Below the pieces are notes generated by a model that made no database searches, was not told where the DNA came from, and saw only the letters and a list, made by a program, of their open reading frames with translations. Made by a program: the position numbers and the translations under genes. Shown one piece after another: positions 29,719-44,474 of a stretch of DNA of 64,000 nucleotides (the stretch's first letter is position 1; every line of letters begins with the position of its first letter). This stretch comes from Fidelibacterota bacterium (GTDB lineage Bacteria; Fidelibacterota; Marinisomatia; Marinisomatales; Marinisomataceae), in contig OZ243041.1 in assembly GCA_965212055.1 (NCBI GenBank), positions 256,001-320,000 of the forward strand, given 5' to 3'.

Positions 29719-32070
29719 ATGTCTATTGAAATTAAAAAATGTGCTGTATTAGGCGCTGGAGTTATGGGTGCACAAATTGCTGGCCATCTATCAAATGCAG
29801 GAATTCCGTCTTTACTATTTGATATTAATGATGAATTAGCAAGAAAAGGAGTTGATGGATTAAAAAGTCTTAAACCAGCACCACTATTTGATAAAAAGAA
29901 TGCGTCTTTGATCACACCGTGTACTTACGATAATGATTTAGAAAAACTAGTTGAATGTGATTTAATTATTGAAGCAGTTGCAGAGAGAATTGAAATTAAA
30001 CATGATGTTTATAAAAAATTATTACCTCATCTAAAAAAGGATGCAATTATAACATCAAATACATCAGGTATCCCTTTAGCGAATCTCGTTGAAGTTCTTC
30101 CTGATGATATTCAAGAAAGATTTCTAATTACTCATTTTTTCAATCCTCCTAGATATTTAAAGCTATTAGAATTGGTTAAAGGAAAAAAGACATCTGAGGA
30201 TGTTTACAATGCAGTTGCTGATTTTGGGGAGACTGTTTTAGGTAAGGGCATTGTTCACGCAAAAGATACTCCAGGGTTTATCGGAAATAGACTTATTAAT
30301 GCAGGGGGTAGGCTTGTTCTGGAGAAAGCATTAGAAATGGGATTATCAGTTGAAGATGTAGATGCCCTTAGTGGAACTTTGGTTGGCAATGCAAAAAGCG
30401 CATATTTTAGAACTCAAGATATTGTTGGTTTAGATACAGCGCTTAATGTATCCAATAATATGTATGAAAGAGTGACAACAGAAAGCGAAGAAGAAAGACA
30501 AAAATTTAAGGCACATGAACTTTTAGTAAAGCTTGTTGAAGATGGAAGATTAGGTCAAAAAACAGGTTCAGGATGGTACAAAAAAGAAGGAAAACAGATT
30601 CTTTCACTAGATTTTGATACTATGGAATATACACCTACTAAAAAGAGTAGATTTGATACAATTAGAGTAGGAAAAGGTATTAAAAATCTGAAGAAAAGAT
30701 TAGAAGCAATAACATTCTTAGATGATAAAGGAGCAAAATTTTTGTGGGAATGTAATGCTCCAATGTTAACCTACACTGCAGAAATGATTCCAGAGATTGC
30801 TGATAGTATTATTGAGATTGATAATACTATGAAATGGGGTTTTACAAGACAAATAGGAACATTTGAATCTTGGGACGCTATTGGCGTTGAAAGATCTGTT
30901 GAAAAAATGAAAGCGGAAAATAGAAAAGTCCCTGCTTGGGTTGAAGAAATGCTTGCTTCAGGAAGAAAATCATTTTATGAAACTCAAAATGGAAAAATGA
31001 CTTATTGGTGTCCACTAAAAAAGAAAGCATTGGAATATAAACCAAGTAAAAAGACATTAAATCTCAATTTATATAAGAATTCTAAGCATACTTTGAAAAG
31101 AGACTGGAGTGCCAGTATTCATGATATTGGAGATGGTGTATTAAATGTAGAATTTCATTCTATTTTTGTTCCACAAATGAATCCTATTGATCGATCAATG
31201 GTTGAAATTATGTCTCATGCTATGGATTTACTTGACACTGGAAAATATAAAGGCCTTGTTATTGGTCACCAAGGAGACAATTGGTCTGCAGGAGCAAATG
31301 TCAATGATTTTAAGATAGCTATAGATACAGATAATCTACATGTAATGGAGGTTGGTACTAAACAAATGCAAGATTTAACTCAAAGAGTTAGACATTCAAA
31401 GCATCCAGTAGTTGCTTGTCCATTTAATTTTGCATTGGGTGGCGGTTTAGAGTTTTATGCTTGTTCCAATCATTCAGTTGCATCCGGAGAGCTTTATGCT
31501 GGTTTAGTTGAAGCAGGTGTAGGACTTGTACCTGGTGCAGGCGGCCATTTAAGAGTAATTCTTAATTTGCTTGAAAATAATGATGCTAAAAATGTTAATA
31601 TGCTTATTGCTAGAAAAGCTGTTGAAGTAATTAATCCATTAAGTGTATCTCGAAGTGCGACTGACGCAGTAAAGAAAGGCTTTCTTAGAAAAAGCGATAC
31701 CATATCAATGAATTCTGATCACTTATTAGCAATTGGAAAGCAAAAAGTTCTTGAAATGAGTGATAATGGTTATAAGCCTCCAAAATATAGAGATGATCTA
31801 ACGATGCCTGGAATGCCTCTTAGAACAATGGTTCAAGTAAATACTAAAATGATGAGAGCACAAGGCAAAATATCTGAACATGATGAATTCATTGCTTTAA
31901 AGACTGCTGATATCATCAGTGGCGGTAAGAAAGGTGGTATTATGTCAAAGGTTGATGAACAATATATATTAGATATTGAAAGAGAAGCTTTTATGTCCTT
32001 AGCTGGTGAAACTAAGACTCAAGAACGTATTAATCATTTTTTAAAAACTGGTAAACCCCTCAGAAACTAG
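29719..32070 (+). CDS. fadN: 3-hydroxyacyl-CoA dehydrogenase / enoyl-CoA hydratase (FadN domain order)
   Basis: GAGVMG, SNTSG, HFFNPPRY and GFIGNR in the N-terminal half; crotonase motifs ALGGGLE and GLVEAGVGLVPGAGG in the C-terminal half; ends GKPLRN. Confidence 0.92.
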   Translation: MSIEIKKCAVLGAGVMGAQIAGHLSNAGIPSLLFDINDELARKGVDGLKSLKPAPLFDKKNASLITPCTYDNDLEKLVECDLIIEAVAERIEIKHDVYKKLLPHLKKDAIITSNTSGIPLANLVEVLPDDIQERFLITHFFNPPRYLKLLELVKGKKTSEDVYNAVADFGETVLGKGIVHAKDTPGFIGNRLINAGGRLVLEKALEMGLSVEDVDALSGTLVGNAKSAYFRTQDIVGLDTALNVSNNMYERVTTESEEERQKFKAHELLVKLVEDGRLGQKTGSGWYKKEGKQILSLDFDTMEYTPTKKSRFDTIRVGKGIKNLKKRLEAITFLDDKGAKFLWECNAPMLTYTAEMIPEIADSIIEIDNTMKWGFTRQIGTFESWDAIGVERSVEKMKAENRKVPAWVEEMLASGRKSFYETQNGKMTYWCPLKKKALEYKPSKKTLNLNLYKNSKHTLKRDWSASIHDIGDGVLNVEFHSIFVPQMNPIDRSMVEIMSHAMDLLDTGKYKGLVIGHQGDNWSAGANVNDFKIAIDTDNLHVMEVGTKQMQDLTQRVRHSKHPVVACPFNFALGGGLEFYACSNHSVASGELYAGLVEAGVGLVPGAGGHLRVILNLLENNDAKNVNMLIARKAVEVINPLSVSRSATDAVKKGFLRKSDTISMNSDHLLAIGKQKVLEMSDNGYKPPKYRDDLTMPGMPLRTMVQVNTKMMRAQGKISEHDEFIALKTADIISGGKKGGIMSKVDEQYILDIEREAFMSLAGETKTQERINHFLKTGKPLRN

Positions 32071-32082
32071 ATTTTTTATTAA

Positions 32083-32112
32083 GATTTCTTTTTCAAAAGA
32101 ATCCTGTTTTTT
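32083..32112 (+). terminator. Weak intrinsic terminator candidate after fadN
   Basis: Imperfect AT-rich hairpin GATTTCTTTT-TC-AAAAGAATC followed by CTGTTTTTT. Confidence 0.3.
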
Positions 32113-32155
32113 GTAAATTCTGCACCAAAATCTAATCACTAGAGGATAGAAAAAT

Positions 32156-32587
32156 ATGGTAAAATGGTCCAAAAAAGCATTCGTTGATCACATAAATAAA
32201 ACATGTGAAAATGATGTAGCTATGATATGTTTAGAGTTAATTGATTTTTCAGAACAAACATCAGATGAATTATCATGGGGTACAGGAGACGATTTTGGAA
32301 CAATGACATATAGATGTAATTCTGACCATGGATTGTTACCATTGTTTAGATTATCGTCAAATGGAAAGATCAACCTTCAACTAAATTTCTTAAGAGGTAA
32401 AAATTTACACAAACAAGTTCTTCAAGATATGATTATTAAATTTGAATCTAATTTTTTAAGAGACTATGATGAAGAATCCTATCCTTCTGATTCTTATGAG
32501 CCGTTAGAAGATTTAATCTGTACTAATAAACAATTGCATTCATTCATGAAGACTATTGAAGGATGTACTTACAGATTAAAGCAATAA
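32156..32587 (+). CDS. Hypothetical protein
   Basis: 143-aa ORF with GAGGA RBS, abutting tig; SWGTG..GTM..LFRLSSNGKINL. Confidence 0.75.
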   Translation: MVKWSKKAFVDHINKTCENDVAMICLELIDFSEQTSDELSWGTGDDFGTMTYRCNSDHGLLPLFRLSSNGKINLQLNFLRGKNLHKQVLQDMIIKFESNFLRDYDEESYPSDSYEPLEDLICTNKQLHSFMKTIEGCTYRLKQ

Positions 32588-33874
32588 ATGAATCTTAAAG
32601 TAAAATCAAAAAAGATAAATGATTTCACTTATGAACTCTCTATCTCTGCTGCATGGAAAGATATTAAGAGTGATTTTGAATCTTCTAAGAAAAAAGTCGC
32701 AAAAGAAACAAAAATATCTGGTTTTAGAAAAGGTAAAATTCCAGCAAATATTCTTATGTCCCAATATTTACCAAATGTTGAATTAGCATTCATACAAGAT
32801 TTTTGTGAAAAATATTATATTTTATCTTTACAAAAAGAAAAATTAAATCCCATTAACCAAGCTAATTTGAAAGATATTGATTTTTCATATGAAAATGATC
32901 TTTCTTTCAAAGCTGAATTTGAAATAGAACCTAAAATCTCACTTCCTAAATTTAAAAAGGATATGGTTTCTGTAGAAAAAGTGAATTTTATTTCCAATGA
33001 TAAAGAAGTTGAAGATACAATTAATAATATTTTAATGTCACAAAGCGAAATTAAAAAAATTGATAAAGGATCTGAAGATGGAGATTTTATGTTAGCTGAC
33101 TTTCAAGAAATCGATTCTTCTGGCCTTCCTATTATAGGGCAAAAGACTGAGAAAAAATTTATTTCTATTGGACAAGAACCTATTACTGGAGCGAATAAAG
33201 AACTTTTATTAAACAAAAATGTCGGAGACGAAGTCAGGGTGAGTATTGATTCAGAAAATGGTAATAAAATCTTTAAAGTTTCAATTCATTCTATTGAAAG
33301 AAGGATTCCACCTAAATTAGATGAGGATTTTGTCAAGAAAGTAGATCCAAATTGTGATGGTGTTGATCAATGGAAGACAAACATTAAAGAAAGTATTCAA
33401 AAAGAGTATGAAAAAAAATCTGAAGAAATGTTTAATTCTGGAATAATTGATCAATTTATTAAAATGGTTAATCCTATTCTTCCTCCTTCTATGTTTGATT
33501 CATATCTAGAAAATATTGTTAATGAAGTTAAAGCCAGTCCGCAAGGAAGTAATCTTGAAGAAAATACAATAAGAGAACAATATAAAACTTTTGCTGAAAA
33601 TAATTTAAAATGGTTTCTAATGAGAAAAACTATTATTCAAGATTTAAAATTTGAAATCAAAAATGATGAAATAGAAACTTTTATTTCTGATGCTATTAAA
33701 AACAATCAAGATCAAAAGGCTGAAATTGAAAGATTTTATAAAAAAGAATCTAATCGAAATAAGTTGTCAGATGATCTTCTTGATAGCAAAGTGCTAGATT
33801 TATTAAAGGACAATTCAAAGATCGTGGAAAAAGATATGGAAACTTCCGACTTGCACCACCATCATAATCACTAA
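32588..33874 (+). CDS. tig: Trigger factor
   Basis: Ribosome-binding motif ISGFRKGKIP, FEIEP, FKBP-like middle domain, 428 aa. Confidence 0.92.
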   Translation: MNLKVKSKKINDFTYELSISAAWKDIKSDFESSKKKVAKETKISGFRKGKIPANILMSQYLPNVELAFIQDFCEKYYILSLQKEKLNPINQANLKDIDFSYENDLSFKAEFEIEPKISLPKFKKDMVSVEKVNFISNDKEVEDTINNILMSQSEIKKIDKGSEDGDFMLADFQEIDSSGLPIIGQKTEKKFISIGQEPITGANKELLLNKNVGDEVRVSIDSENGNKIFKVSIHSIERRIPPKLDEDFVKKVDPNCDGVDQWKTNIKESIQKEYEKKSEEMFNSGIIDQFIKMVNPILPPSMFDSYLENIVNEVKASPQGSNLEENTIREQYKTFAENNLKWFLMRKTIIQDLKFEIKNDEIETFISDAIKNNQDQKAEIERFYKKESNRNKLSDDLLDSKVLDLLKDNSKIVEKDMETSDLHHHHNH

Positions 33875-33880
33875 ATAATT

Positions 33881-35098
33881 ATGGAAAAATTTACTGGATT
33901 AATTGGCATATTTACTTTGTTGGGTATTGCTGTTCTTTTATCCAACAATAGAAAAAAAATTAATTTGCGCACTGTTTTTTCAGGAATAGCATTACAATTT
34001 GTCCTTGCTTTTTTTATACTCGGTACTTCATTTGGTGATCCTATTTTTAGAGCATTAGATAATGCTATTACTACGCTAGTTAGTTTTTCAGATGCTGGTA
34101 GTACTTTTCTTTTTAGATCTTATGCTCCTGATATTGGATATTCTCCATCTTTAGAGAATTTTGCATTTCGTACATTACCAACAATTATCTTTTTTTCAAG
34201 CTTAATAAGTGTCTTATATCATTTTGGAATAATACAAAAAATTGTAAAAATGTTTGCAAAAATATTTCAAAAAACAATGTTTATCAGTGGAACAGAATCA
34301 CTAAGCGTTTCGGGAAATATTTTTCTTGGACAAACAGAAGCTCCATTAATGGTAAAACCATTTGTTGATAAAATGACGAAATCAGAATTAATGGCAGTCA
34401 TGACAGGCGGATTTGCTACAGCGGCTGGAGGGATTTTAGCTATTTATGTTAGTTGGTTATCGGACATCCCAGGTATTGCTGGTCACTTATTGACTGCTTC
34501 GGTAATGTCAGCACCCGCTGCTTTGGTAATGGCAAAGATTATTTATCCAGAGGTGGAGGAATCTAATACTATGGGTGATGTAAGCATTGAAATTGAACAG
34601 ACTACTACCAATGCAATGGAAGCACTTGGAAATGGTGCTACTACTGGGTTAAAGTTAGCAGCTAATATTGCTGCTATGCTTATTGCTTTTCTAGCATTTG
34701 TGGCAATGATAAACTATTTGTTGTCTTTTGTAGGAACATCTATGGAAGATATTTTTGGTTTTCTTTTTAAACCATTGGCATGGACTATGGGAGTTCCGTG
34801 GGAAGAAGCTGGTATATTGGCTACATTGATGGGTAAAAAAATTGTTTTAACTGAGTTAATTGCGTATGGTGATTTACAACAAGCAGTGACGGATGGTTTA
34901 TCAGATAGAACAGCTGTTATTGCGAGTTATGCTCTGTGTGGTTTCGCAAATTTTGGCTCTATTGGTATACAACTAGGAGGAATCGGTGCAATAGCTCCTA
35001 ATCGAAGAGGAGACCTTGCACGACTAGTCACAAAAGCAATGATAGGTGGTGCTTTAGCATCCTGGTTAACTGCAACAATTGCAGGCCTACTTTTATAG
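33881..35098 (+). CDS. nupC: NupC/CNT-family nucleoside transporter
   Basis: LPTIIFFSSL, NIFLGQTEAP, MTGGFATAAGG, ASVMSAPAAL and YALCGFAN motifs. Confidence 0.93.
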   Translation: MEKFTGLIGIFTLLGIAVLLSNNRKKINLRTVFSGIALQFVLAFFILGTSFGDPIFRALDNAITTLVSFSDAGSTFLFRSYAPDIGYSPSLENFAFRTLPTIIFFSSLISVLYHFGIIQKIVKMFAKIFQKTMFISGTESLSVSGNIFLGQTEAPLMVKPFVDKMTKSELMAVMTGGFATAAGGILAIYVSWLSDIPGIAGHLLTASVMSAPAALVMAKIIYPEVEESNTMGDVSIEIEQTTTNAMEALGNGATTGLKLAANIAAMLIAFLAFVAMINYLLSFVGTSMEDIFGFLFKPLAWTMGVPWEEAGILATLMGKKIVLTELIAYGDLQQAVTDGLSDRTAVIASYALCGFANFGSIGIQLGGIGAIAPNRRGDLARLVTKAMIGGALASWLTATIAGLLL

Positions 35099-35132
35099 TC
35101 AGAAAATAACCTAAATTTTTTTTATTTTTTAC

Positions 35133-35217
35133 TTGGTAATCTCTCTCAATAATAATAATTTGCGAGGCTTTGCGTAAAAAATCATTACGCATACTTTTTT
35201 AGATATTTGAAAATTTG
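35133..35217 (+). promoter_or_regulatory. rRNA promoter and antitermination leader
   Basis: TTGGTA-N17-TAATTT, then GC-rich discriminator GCGAGGC; boxB-like hairpin TGCGTAA..TTACGCA (35171-35191); boxA-like AGATATTTGAAAATTTG at 35201, repeated as AGATATTTGACAATTTG at 37105. Confidence 0.6.
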
Positions 35218-35279
35218 ATATATGTAGAACCTTTGTCTTTTAATCCTGTAGTTAGACAAACAAACTTAAAATAAATATT

Positions 35280-36844
<1,565 letters not shown>

Positions 36845-36932
36845 AGGGAGTAATCTTATTTTTTAAAATAAGATATGGTCGAAAAGGATTTAAAGAATAA
36901 AGGTTCTGCATATATTAATACTTTTTTAGAAG

Positions 36933-37009
36933 GGGCTTATAGCTCAGCTGGTTAGAGCGCATCTCTGATAAGGATGAGGTCCGTGGTTCGAGTCCACGTA
37001 GGCCCACCA
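36933..37009 (+). tRNA. tRNA-Ile(GAT)
   Basis: GGGCTTA..TAGGCCC-A-CCA acceptor stem, anticodon loop CTGATAA, T-loop GTTCGAG. Confidence 0.97.
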
Positions 37010-37016
37010 AAATTAT

Positions 37017-37089
37017 GGGGCTGTAGCTCAGTTGGTAGAGCGCCACACTTGCACTGTGGAAGTCGCAGGTTCGATCCCTGTCAGCTCCA
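37017..37089 (+). tRNA. tRNA-Ala(TGC), CCA not encoded
   Basis: GGGGCTG..CAGCTCC-A with the G3:U70 pair; anticodon arm CCACA-CTTGCAC-TGTGG. Confidence 0.97.
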
Positions 37090-37134
37090 CAAAATTTAAA
37101 TTTTAGATATTTGACAATTTGGAAATTAACGCGG

Positions 37135-37234
37135 GTAACAGAGATTTAATCTCTGTTACTAACAATGTAATAGAGATTTTAATCTCTGTTACTGACAATT
37201 GTATTGATTAAGCTATTTATAGTTTAGTCAATGC
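37135..37234. repeat. Three consecutive hairpins in the 16S-23S spacer, the first two a tandem duplication
   Basis: GTAACAGAGATT-T-AATCTCTGTTAC (37135-37159) and GTAATAGAGATT-TT-AATCTCTGTTAC (37167-37192), plus a third G:U-rich stem at 37201-37234. Confidence 0.85.
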
Positions 37235-37267
37235 TGAATCATTAAAACACTCAAGTCATATAAACTT

Positions 37268-40265
<2,998 letters not shown>

Positions 40266-40326
40266 AATTTTGTTTTATATGACTTGTTCTGTTTTAATGA
40301 TTAGATCGCGTTTTTTTCCGAAAGCT

Positions 40327-40445
<119 letters not shown>

Positions 40446-40475
40446 TTAATTATTTTTTTTGTATATTATATAAAT

Positions 40476-40904
40476 ATGCAGTATAACAATCCTTTTAAAT
40501 CAACTTCATTTCACCATACGTTTGATTTTGGTAAAAATCTTTCAAATTCTATAGAATATGGTTCTGTAATTCTACTAAGAGGGGACTTAGGTTCAGGAAA
40601 AACAACTTTTTGTAAAGGATTTGCTTCAGGTCTCGGGTTTAAAGATGCAATTTTATCTCCCACCTATTCAATTTTGAACGAATATGAAATTAGTGGAAAG
40701 AATTTATACCATTTTGATCTATATCGGTTAAAATCAATCAACGAATTTATAGAAATTGGAGGGTTAGAATATTTAAATAGTCAAATATCAATTTCTTTAA
40801 TTGAATGGCCAGATCTTATCAGTGATATAGATATCAAAAACATGATTAATATAAAATTTGAATACTTATCAGAAAACGAAAGATTAATAACAGTTTTATC
40901 ATGA
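40476..40904 (+). CDS. tsaE: tRNA t6A biosynthesis ATPase
   Basis: GDLGSGKTTF, SPTYS, HFDLYRL and IEWP motifs; ATG 40476 is used because the longer ORF start lies inside the 5S gene. Confidence 0.94.
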   Translation: MQYNNPFKSTSFHHTFDFGKNLSNSIEYGSVILLRGDLGSGKTTFCKGFASGLGFKDAILSPTYSILNEYEISGKNLYHFDLYRLKSINEFIEIGGLEYLNSQISISLIEWPDLISDIDIKNMINIKFEYLSENERLITVLS

Positions 40905-41539
40905 AAATTTTAGGCATTGAAACATCAGTAAAACAATCTAGTGCAGCGATTGTTGTAGAAAATGATTCTTATGAAGTATTTTCAGATATCAAGAAAGATG
41001 CTGCTAAATCATTGCCTTTTATTGTAGAAAATGTGCTTAATAAAGCACAAAGTTCATTTAATGATATAGATGGAATTGCAATATCAATGGGTCCTGGTTC
41101 ATTTACAGGACTTAGGGTTGGTCTTAGTTATGTCAAAGGGCTTTCTTTGGCATTAGATATACCTATTGTTCCTATTTCAACGTTTGAATCCATGATTAAT
41201 ATAGTTAAACCAAATCCAGGAAAAGTTATTCAGACAATTATTCATTCACATGGTAATGCTTTATATATTGCACAATACATTTCGAAAGATGAATTATATG
41301 TGCTTGATTCGGTTCCAAAAATTATAGATATAAATGATTTAGAATGTAAAAAAGATATGTCCATTATCTATGTGGGACCAAATAAAATAGTAGACCAATT
41401 AAATATTAAAGCAATGAACAATATTCAGCTTACTGCTCTCAGTATTGCAAGTTTAGGATATAATAATTATGATTTCTTAAAAACTAAATCTATTAATAAC
41501 TTAGCGCCAAATTATATAGGTTCGTTTAAATTGGATTAA
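40901..41539 (+). CDS. tsaB: tRNA t6A biosynthesis protein TsaB
   Basis: ILGIETS and GPGSFTGLRVG motifs. Confidence 0.93.
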   Translation: MKILGIETSVKQSSAAIVVENDSYEVFSDIKKDAAKSLPFIVENVLNKAQSSFNDIDGIAISMGPGSFTGLRVGLSYVKGLSLALDIPIVPISTFESMINIVKPNPGKVIQTIIHSHGNALYIAQYISKDELYVLDSVPKIIDINDLECKKDMSIIYVGPNKIVDQLNIKAMNNIQLTALSIASLGYNNYDFLKTKSINNLAPNYIGSFKLD

Positions 41540-41540
41540 G

Positions 41541-42365
41541 ATGAGTTGGTTTACTAGAAAAGATAAAAAGATTCAGGAATCTGGTAAGAAAGATTTACCA
41601 AGTGATTTATGGATGAAAGGAACTTGTTGTGGTGAAATTCTATATAAGCCTGAACTTGAAAAAGCAAATTCAATATGCCATCATTGTAATTTCCATTATC
41701 CAATTTCTAATAATAAATATTTAGAAATTATTTTAGATCCAGAATATGAAGCATTATTTGAAAATATTGTTTCAACGGATATTTTGAATTTTAAAGCGAA
41801 TAAATCTTATGAAGACATTCTACAAAATGTTCCAGATAATGCTGAAGCCATAAATTCTTATTATGGAACTATAAACACACATAAAGTTGTGCTATCAATT
41901 ATGGATTTTAAATTTATAGGTGGAAGTATGGGGAGTGCAGTGGGTGAAAAGATAGCCAAGTCAATTAAGCTTGCGTTAGAAAAAAGTTGTCCCTTAATTA
42001 TTGTATGTCAATCGGGTGGCGCAAGAATGCAAGAGGGAGCATTATCTCTTATGCAACTCTCAAAAGTAAGCACACATTTATCAAATTTTTCTAAAAAAGG
42101 TGGTCTCTATATATCAGTACTGACCTATCCCACTACTGGAGGGGTAACAGCTAGTTTTGGAATGCAGGCAGATGTTACGATTGCTGAACCCAAAGCTTTG
42201 ATTGGTTTTGCTGGTCAACGAGTTATTAAACAAACTACTTCACAAGATCTTCCAGAAGGATTTCAAACTTCAGAATTTCTAATGGAGAAAGGTTTTGTTG
42301 ATTTAATTGTAGATAGAAATAGTTTGAAAAATAAATTAATTAATATATTATCTGTGCTAAAATGA
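41541..42365 (+). CDS. accD: Acetyl-CoA carboxylase carboxyltransferase beta subunit
   Basis: DFKFIGGSMGSAVGEK, SGGARMQEG, PTTGGVTASF and IGFAGQRVI motifs. Confidence 0.95.
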   Translation: MSWFTRKDKKIQESGKKDLPSDLWMKGTCCGEILYKPELEKANSICHHCNFHYPISNNKYLEIILDPEYEALFENIVSTDILNFKANKSYEDILQNVPDNAEAINSYYGTINTHKVVLSIMDFKFIGGSMGSAVGEKIAKSIKLALEKSCPLIIVCQSGGARMQEGALSLMQLSKVSTHLSNFSKKGGLYISVLTYPTTGGVTASFGMQADVTIAEPKALIGFAGQRVIKQTTSQDLPEGFQTSEFLMEKGFVDLIVDRNSLKNKLINILSVLK

Positions 42366-43912
42366 GCAAGAACGATACAATTATTATTCTTGATTTTGGT
42401 TCTCAATATACTCAACTCATTGCTAGAAGAGTTAGAGAGGTTGGGGTTTTTTCAGTGATTCTTCCCTGCAACATTGATATTGATAGAATTAAATCATTGA
42501 ATCCAAGAGGAATTATTTTATCTGGTGGACCGGAAACTGTTACAGAAAGTGGTACATCTAAAATTAACACAGCCTTATTTGATACCAAGATTCCTTTATT
42601 AGGTATCTGTTATGGAATGCAAACAATGGCTCAAGAATTAGGTGGATCTGTCATACAATCAAATAAAAGAGAATTTGGACATGCTAATATTGAAAAAACA
42701 AGTGATTCTAAATTATTTGATGGAATTAATTTTCAAGAAAATTCTTTGAATGTATGGATGAGTCATGGGGATAAAGTTTCTATGCTTCCCGATAATTTTG
42801 ATATAATTGCCAAATCAGAAAATTGTCCTATTGCAGGATTTGCACATTCAAAAGAAGCTTGGTTTGGTTTACAATTTCATCCTGAAGTTACTCATACGAA
42901 CGAAGGAATTAAGATTATTGAAAATTTCGTATATAAAATATGTAATTGTGAAAAAAATTGGGATATAACCGATATAATTGATGGAATGAAATCTTATGTT
43001 AATTCTAAAGTTGAAAATGAGAAAGTTATATTGGGTCTATCTGGTGGAGTTGATTCTTCTGTAGTTGCAATGTTGTTACATCAATGTATTAAAGAAAATT
43101 TAACCTGCATTTTTGTTGATAATGGTTTATTAAGATTAAATGAAGTGGAAGAAGTGTTAGATACTTTTTCAGAAGTTGGTATTAATGTTCATTTATCTAG
43201 CGCAAGTGACCTATTCTTATCTCGATTAAAAGGGATAAAAGATCCAGAACAAAAAAGAATCATTATTGGGAATACTTTTATCGAAGTCTTTGAAGAGGAG
43301 GCAAAAAAAATTGATAATGTAAATTGGCTGGCCCAAGGAACAATCTATCCGGACGTTATTGAATCTTCTGCATCTGAAACTGGTAATGCGAGCGTGATTA
43401 AGTCACACCATAATGTTGGAGGATTACCTGAAAGAATGAATTTAAATCTATTAGAACCGTTAAGAGATTTATTTAAAGATGAAGTAAGAAATATTGGTAA
43501 AAATTTAGGAGTCCCTTCTAAAATTTTGGGAAGACATCCGTTTCCTGGACCAGGTTTAGCAATTAGAATCATGGGCGAAGTAAAAAAAGAAAGACTTGAT
43601 ATTTTAAGAATAGCCGATAAAATATTTATTGATGAACTAATCAATGCAAATTTATATGACAATTTAAGCCAGGCTTTTGTTGTTTATTTACCTGTAAAAT
43701 CTGTTGGTGTAGTTGGGGATGCAAGACGCTATGAAGATGTATTAGCTTTAAGAGCTGTTACAACAGTTGATTTTATGACAGCGACATGGGCCGATTTACC
43801 TTATGATTTTATTGCCAAAGTTTCTAATCGTATTGTCAACGAAATATCACAAGTAAGTAGAGTTGTTTATGATTGTACAGGTAAGCCACCGGCTACAATT
43901 GAGTGGGAATAA
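42362..43912 (+). CDS. guaA: GMP synthase (glutamine-hydrolysing)
   Basis: DFGSQYTQLI, GICYGMQ, QFHPEV, SGGVDSS, IKSHHNVGGLP and KPPATIEWE motifs. Confidence 0.97.
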   Translation: MSKNDTIIILDFGSQYTQLIARRVREVGVFSVILPCNIDIDRIKSLNPRGIILSGGPETVTESGTSKINTALFDTKIPLLGICYGMQTMAQELGGSVIQSNKREFGHANIEKTSDSKLFDGINFQENSLNVWMSHGDKVSMLPDNFDIIAKSENCPIAGFAHSKEAWFGLQFHPEVTHTNEGIKIIENFVYKICNCEKNWDITDIIDGMKSYVNSKVENEKVILGLSGGVDSSVVAMLLHQCIKENLTCIFVDNGLLRLNEVEEVLDTFSEVGINVHLSSASDLFLSRLKGIKDPEQKRIIIGNTFIEVFEEEAKKIDNVNWLAQGTIYPDVIESSASETGNASVIKSHHNVGGLPERMNLNLLEPLRDLFKDEVRNIGKNLGVPSKILGRHPFPGPGLAIRIMGEVKKERLDILRIADKIFIDELINANLYDNLSQAFVVYLPVKSVGVVGDARRYEDVLALRAVTTVDFMTATWADLPYDFIAKVSNRIVNEISQVSRVVYDCTGKPPATIEWE

Positions 43913-43921
43913 CAATTCAAA

Positions 43922-44455
43922 ATGAAAAAATTTAATAACTTAATTATTCTTGCACCATTAGCATATGCCATCCATCATTATGAAGAACATATTATTTTTA
44001 ATTTTCGAGAGTGGAGATTAAAGTACTTTCTAGACAACAATCATATTCCTACTGAGGCAGTTCTTTGCATTTTGATTTCTGTTCTTTTGTTAGCAGTTTT
44101 TTTCCAATTAATCTCAAGAAGCAGAGCGACAGCTCACATTTTGTTATTTTTTTTAATGGCAACACAGGTAGTCAATGCTGCTTTTCACATATTTTTTAGT
44201 CTTTATTACTCTGATTTCAGTCCAGGAACAATAACAGCAATATTGTTATATTTGCCTATTAATTTTCTAATAATTCAATCTGCATTTAGAGAAGGTTTAT
44301 TAAAAAATTCTACTGAATTGATCACTATTTTTATCTTAGGAATAAGTACTTTTGCTTTATTTGAGTGGATTGGACCTAAAGTTTGGTTGGTTTCTTTTTT
44401 TATGTGTTTTATTTATTATTTCTGGATGAGCAAGATATCATCATCAAAAATATAA
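43922..44455 (+). CDS. HXXEE-domain membrane protein
   Basis: HHYEE motif in the first TM; NAAFH and FSPGTITA. Confidence 0.8.
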   Translation: MKKFNNLIILAPLAYAIHHYEEHIIFNFREWRLKYFLDNNHIPTEAVLCILISVLLLAVFFQLISRSRATAHILLFFLMATQVVNAAFHIFFSLYYSDFSPGTITAILLYLPINFLIIQSAFREGLLKNSTELITIFILGISTFALFEWIGPKVWLVSFFMCFIYYFWMSKISSSKI

Positions 44456-44474
44456 AAAATATTAAGTATGAATA

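Noticed and set aside
37135..37234. Possible mini-CRISPR array
   Set aside because: Only two repeat units with a 7-nt gap, inside the rRNA spacer, and no cas genes.
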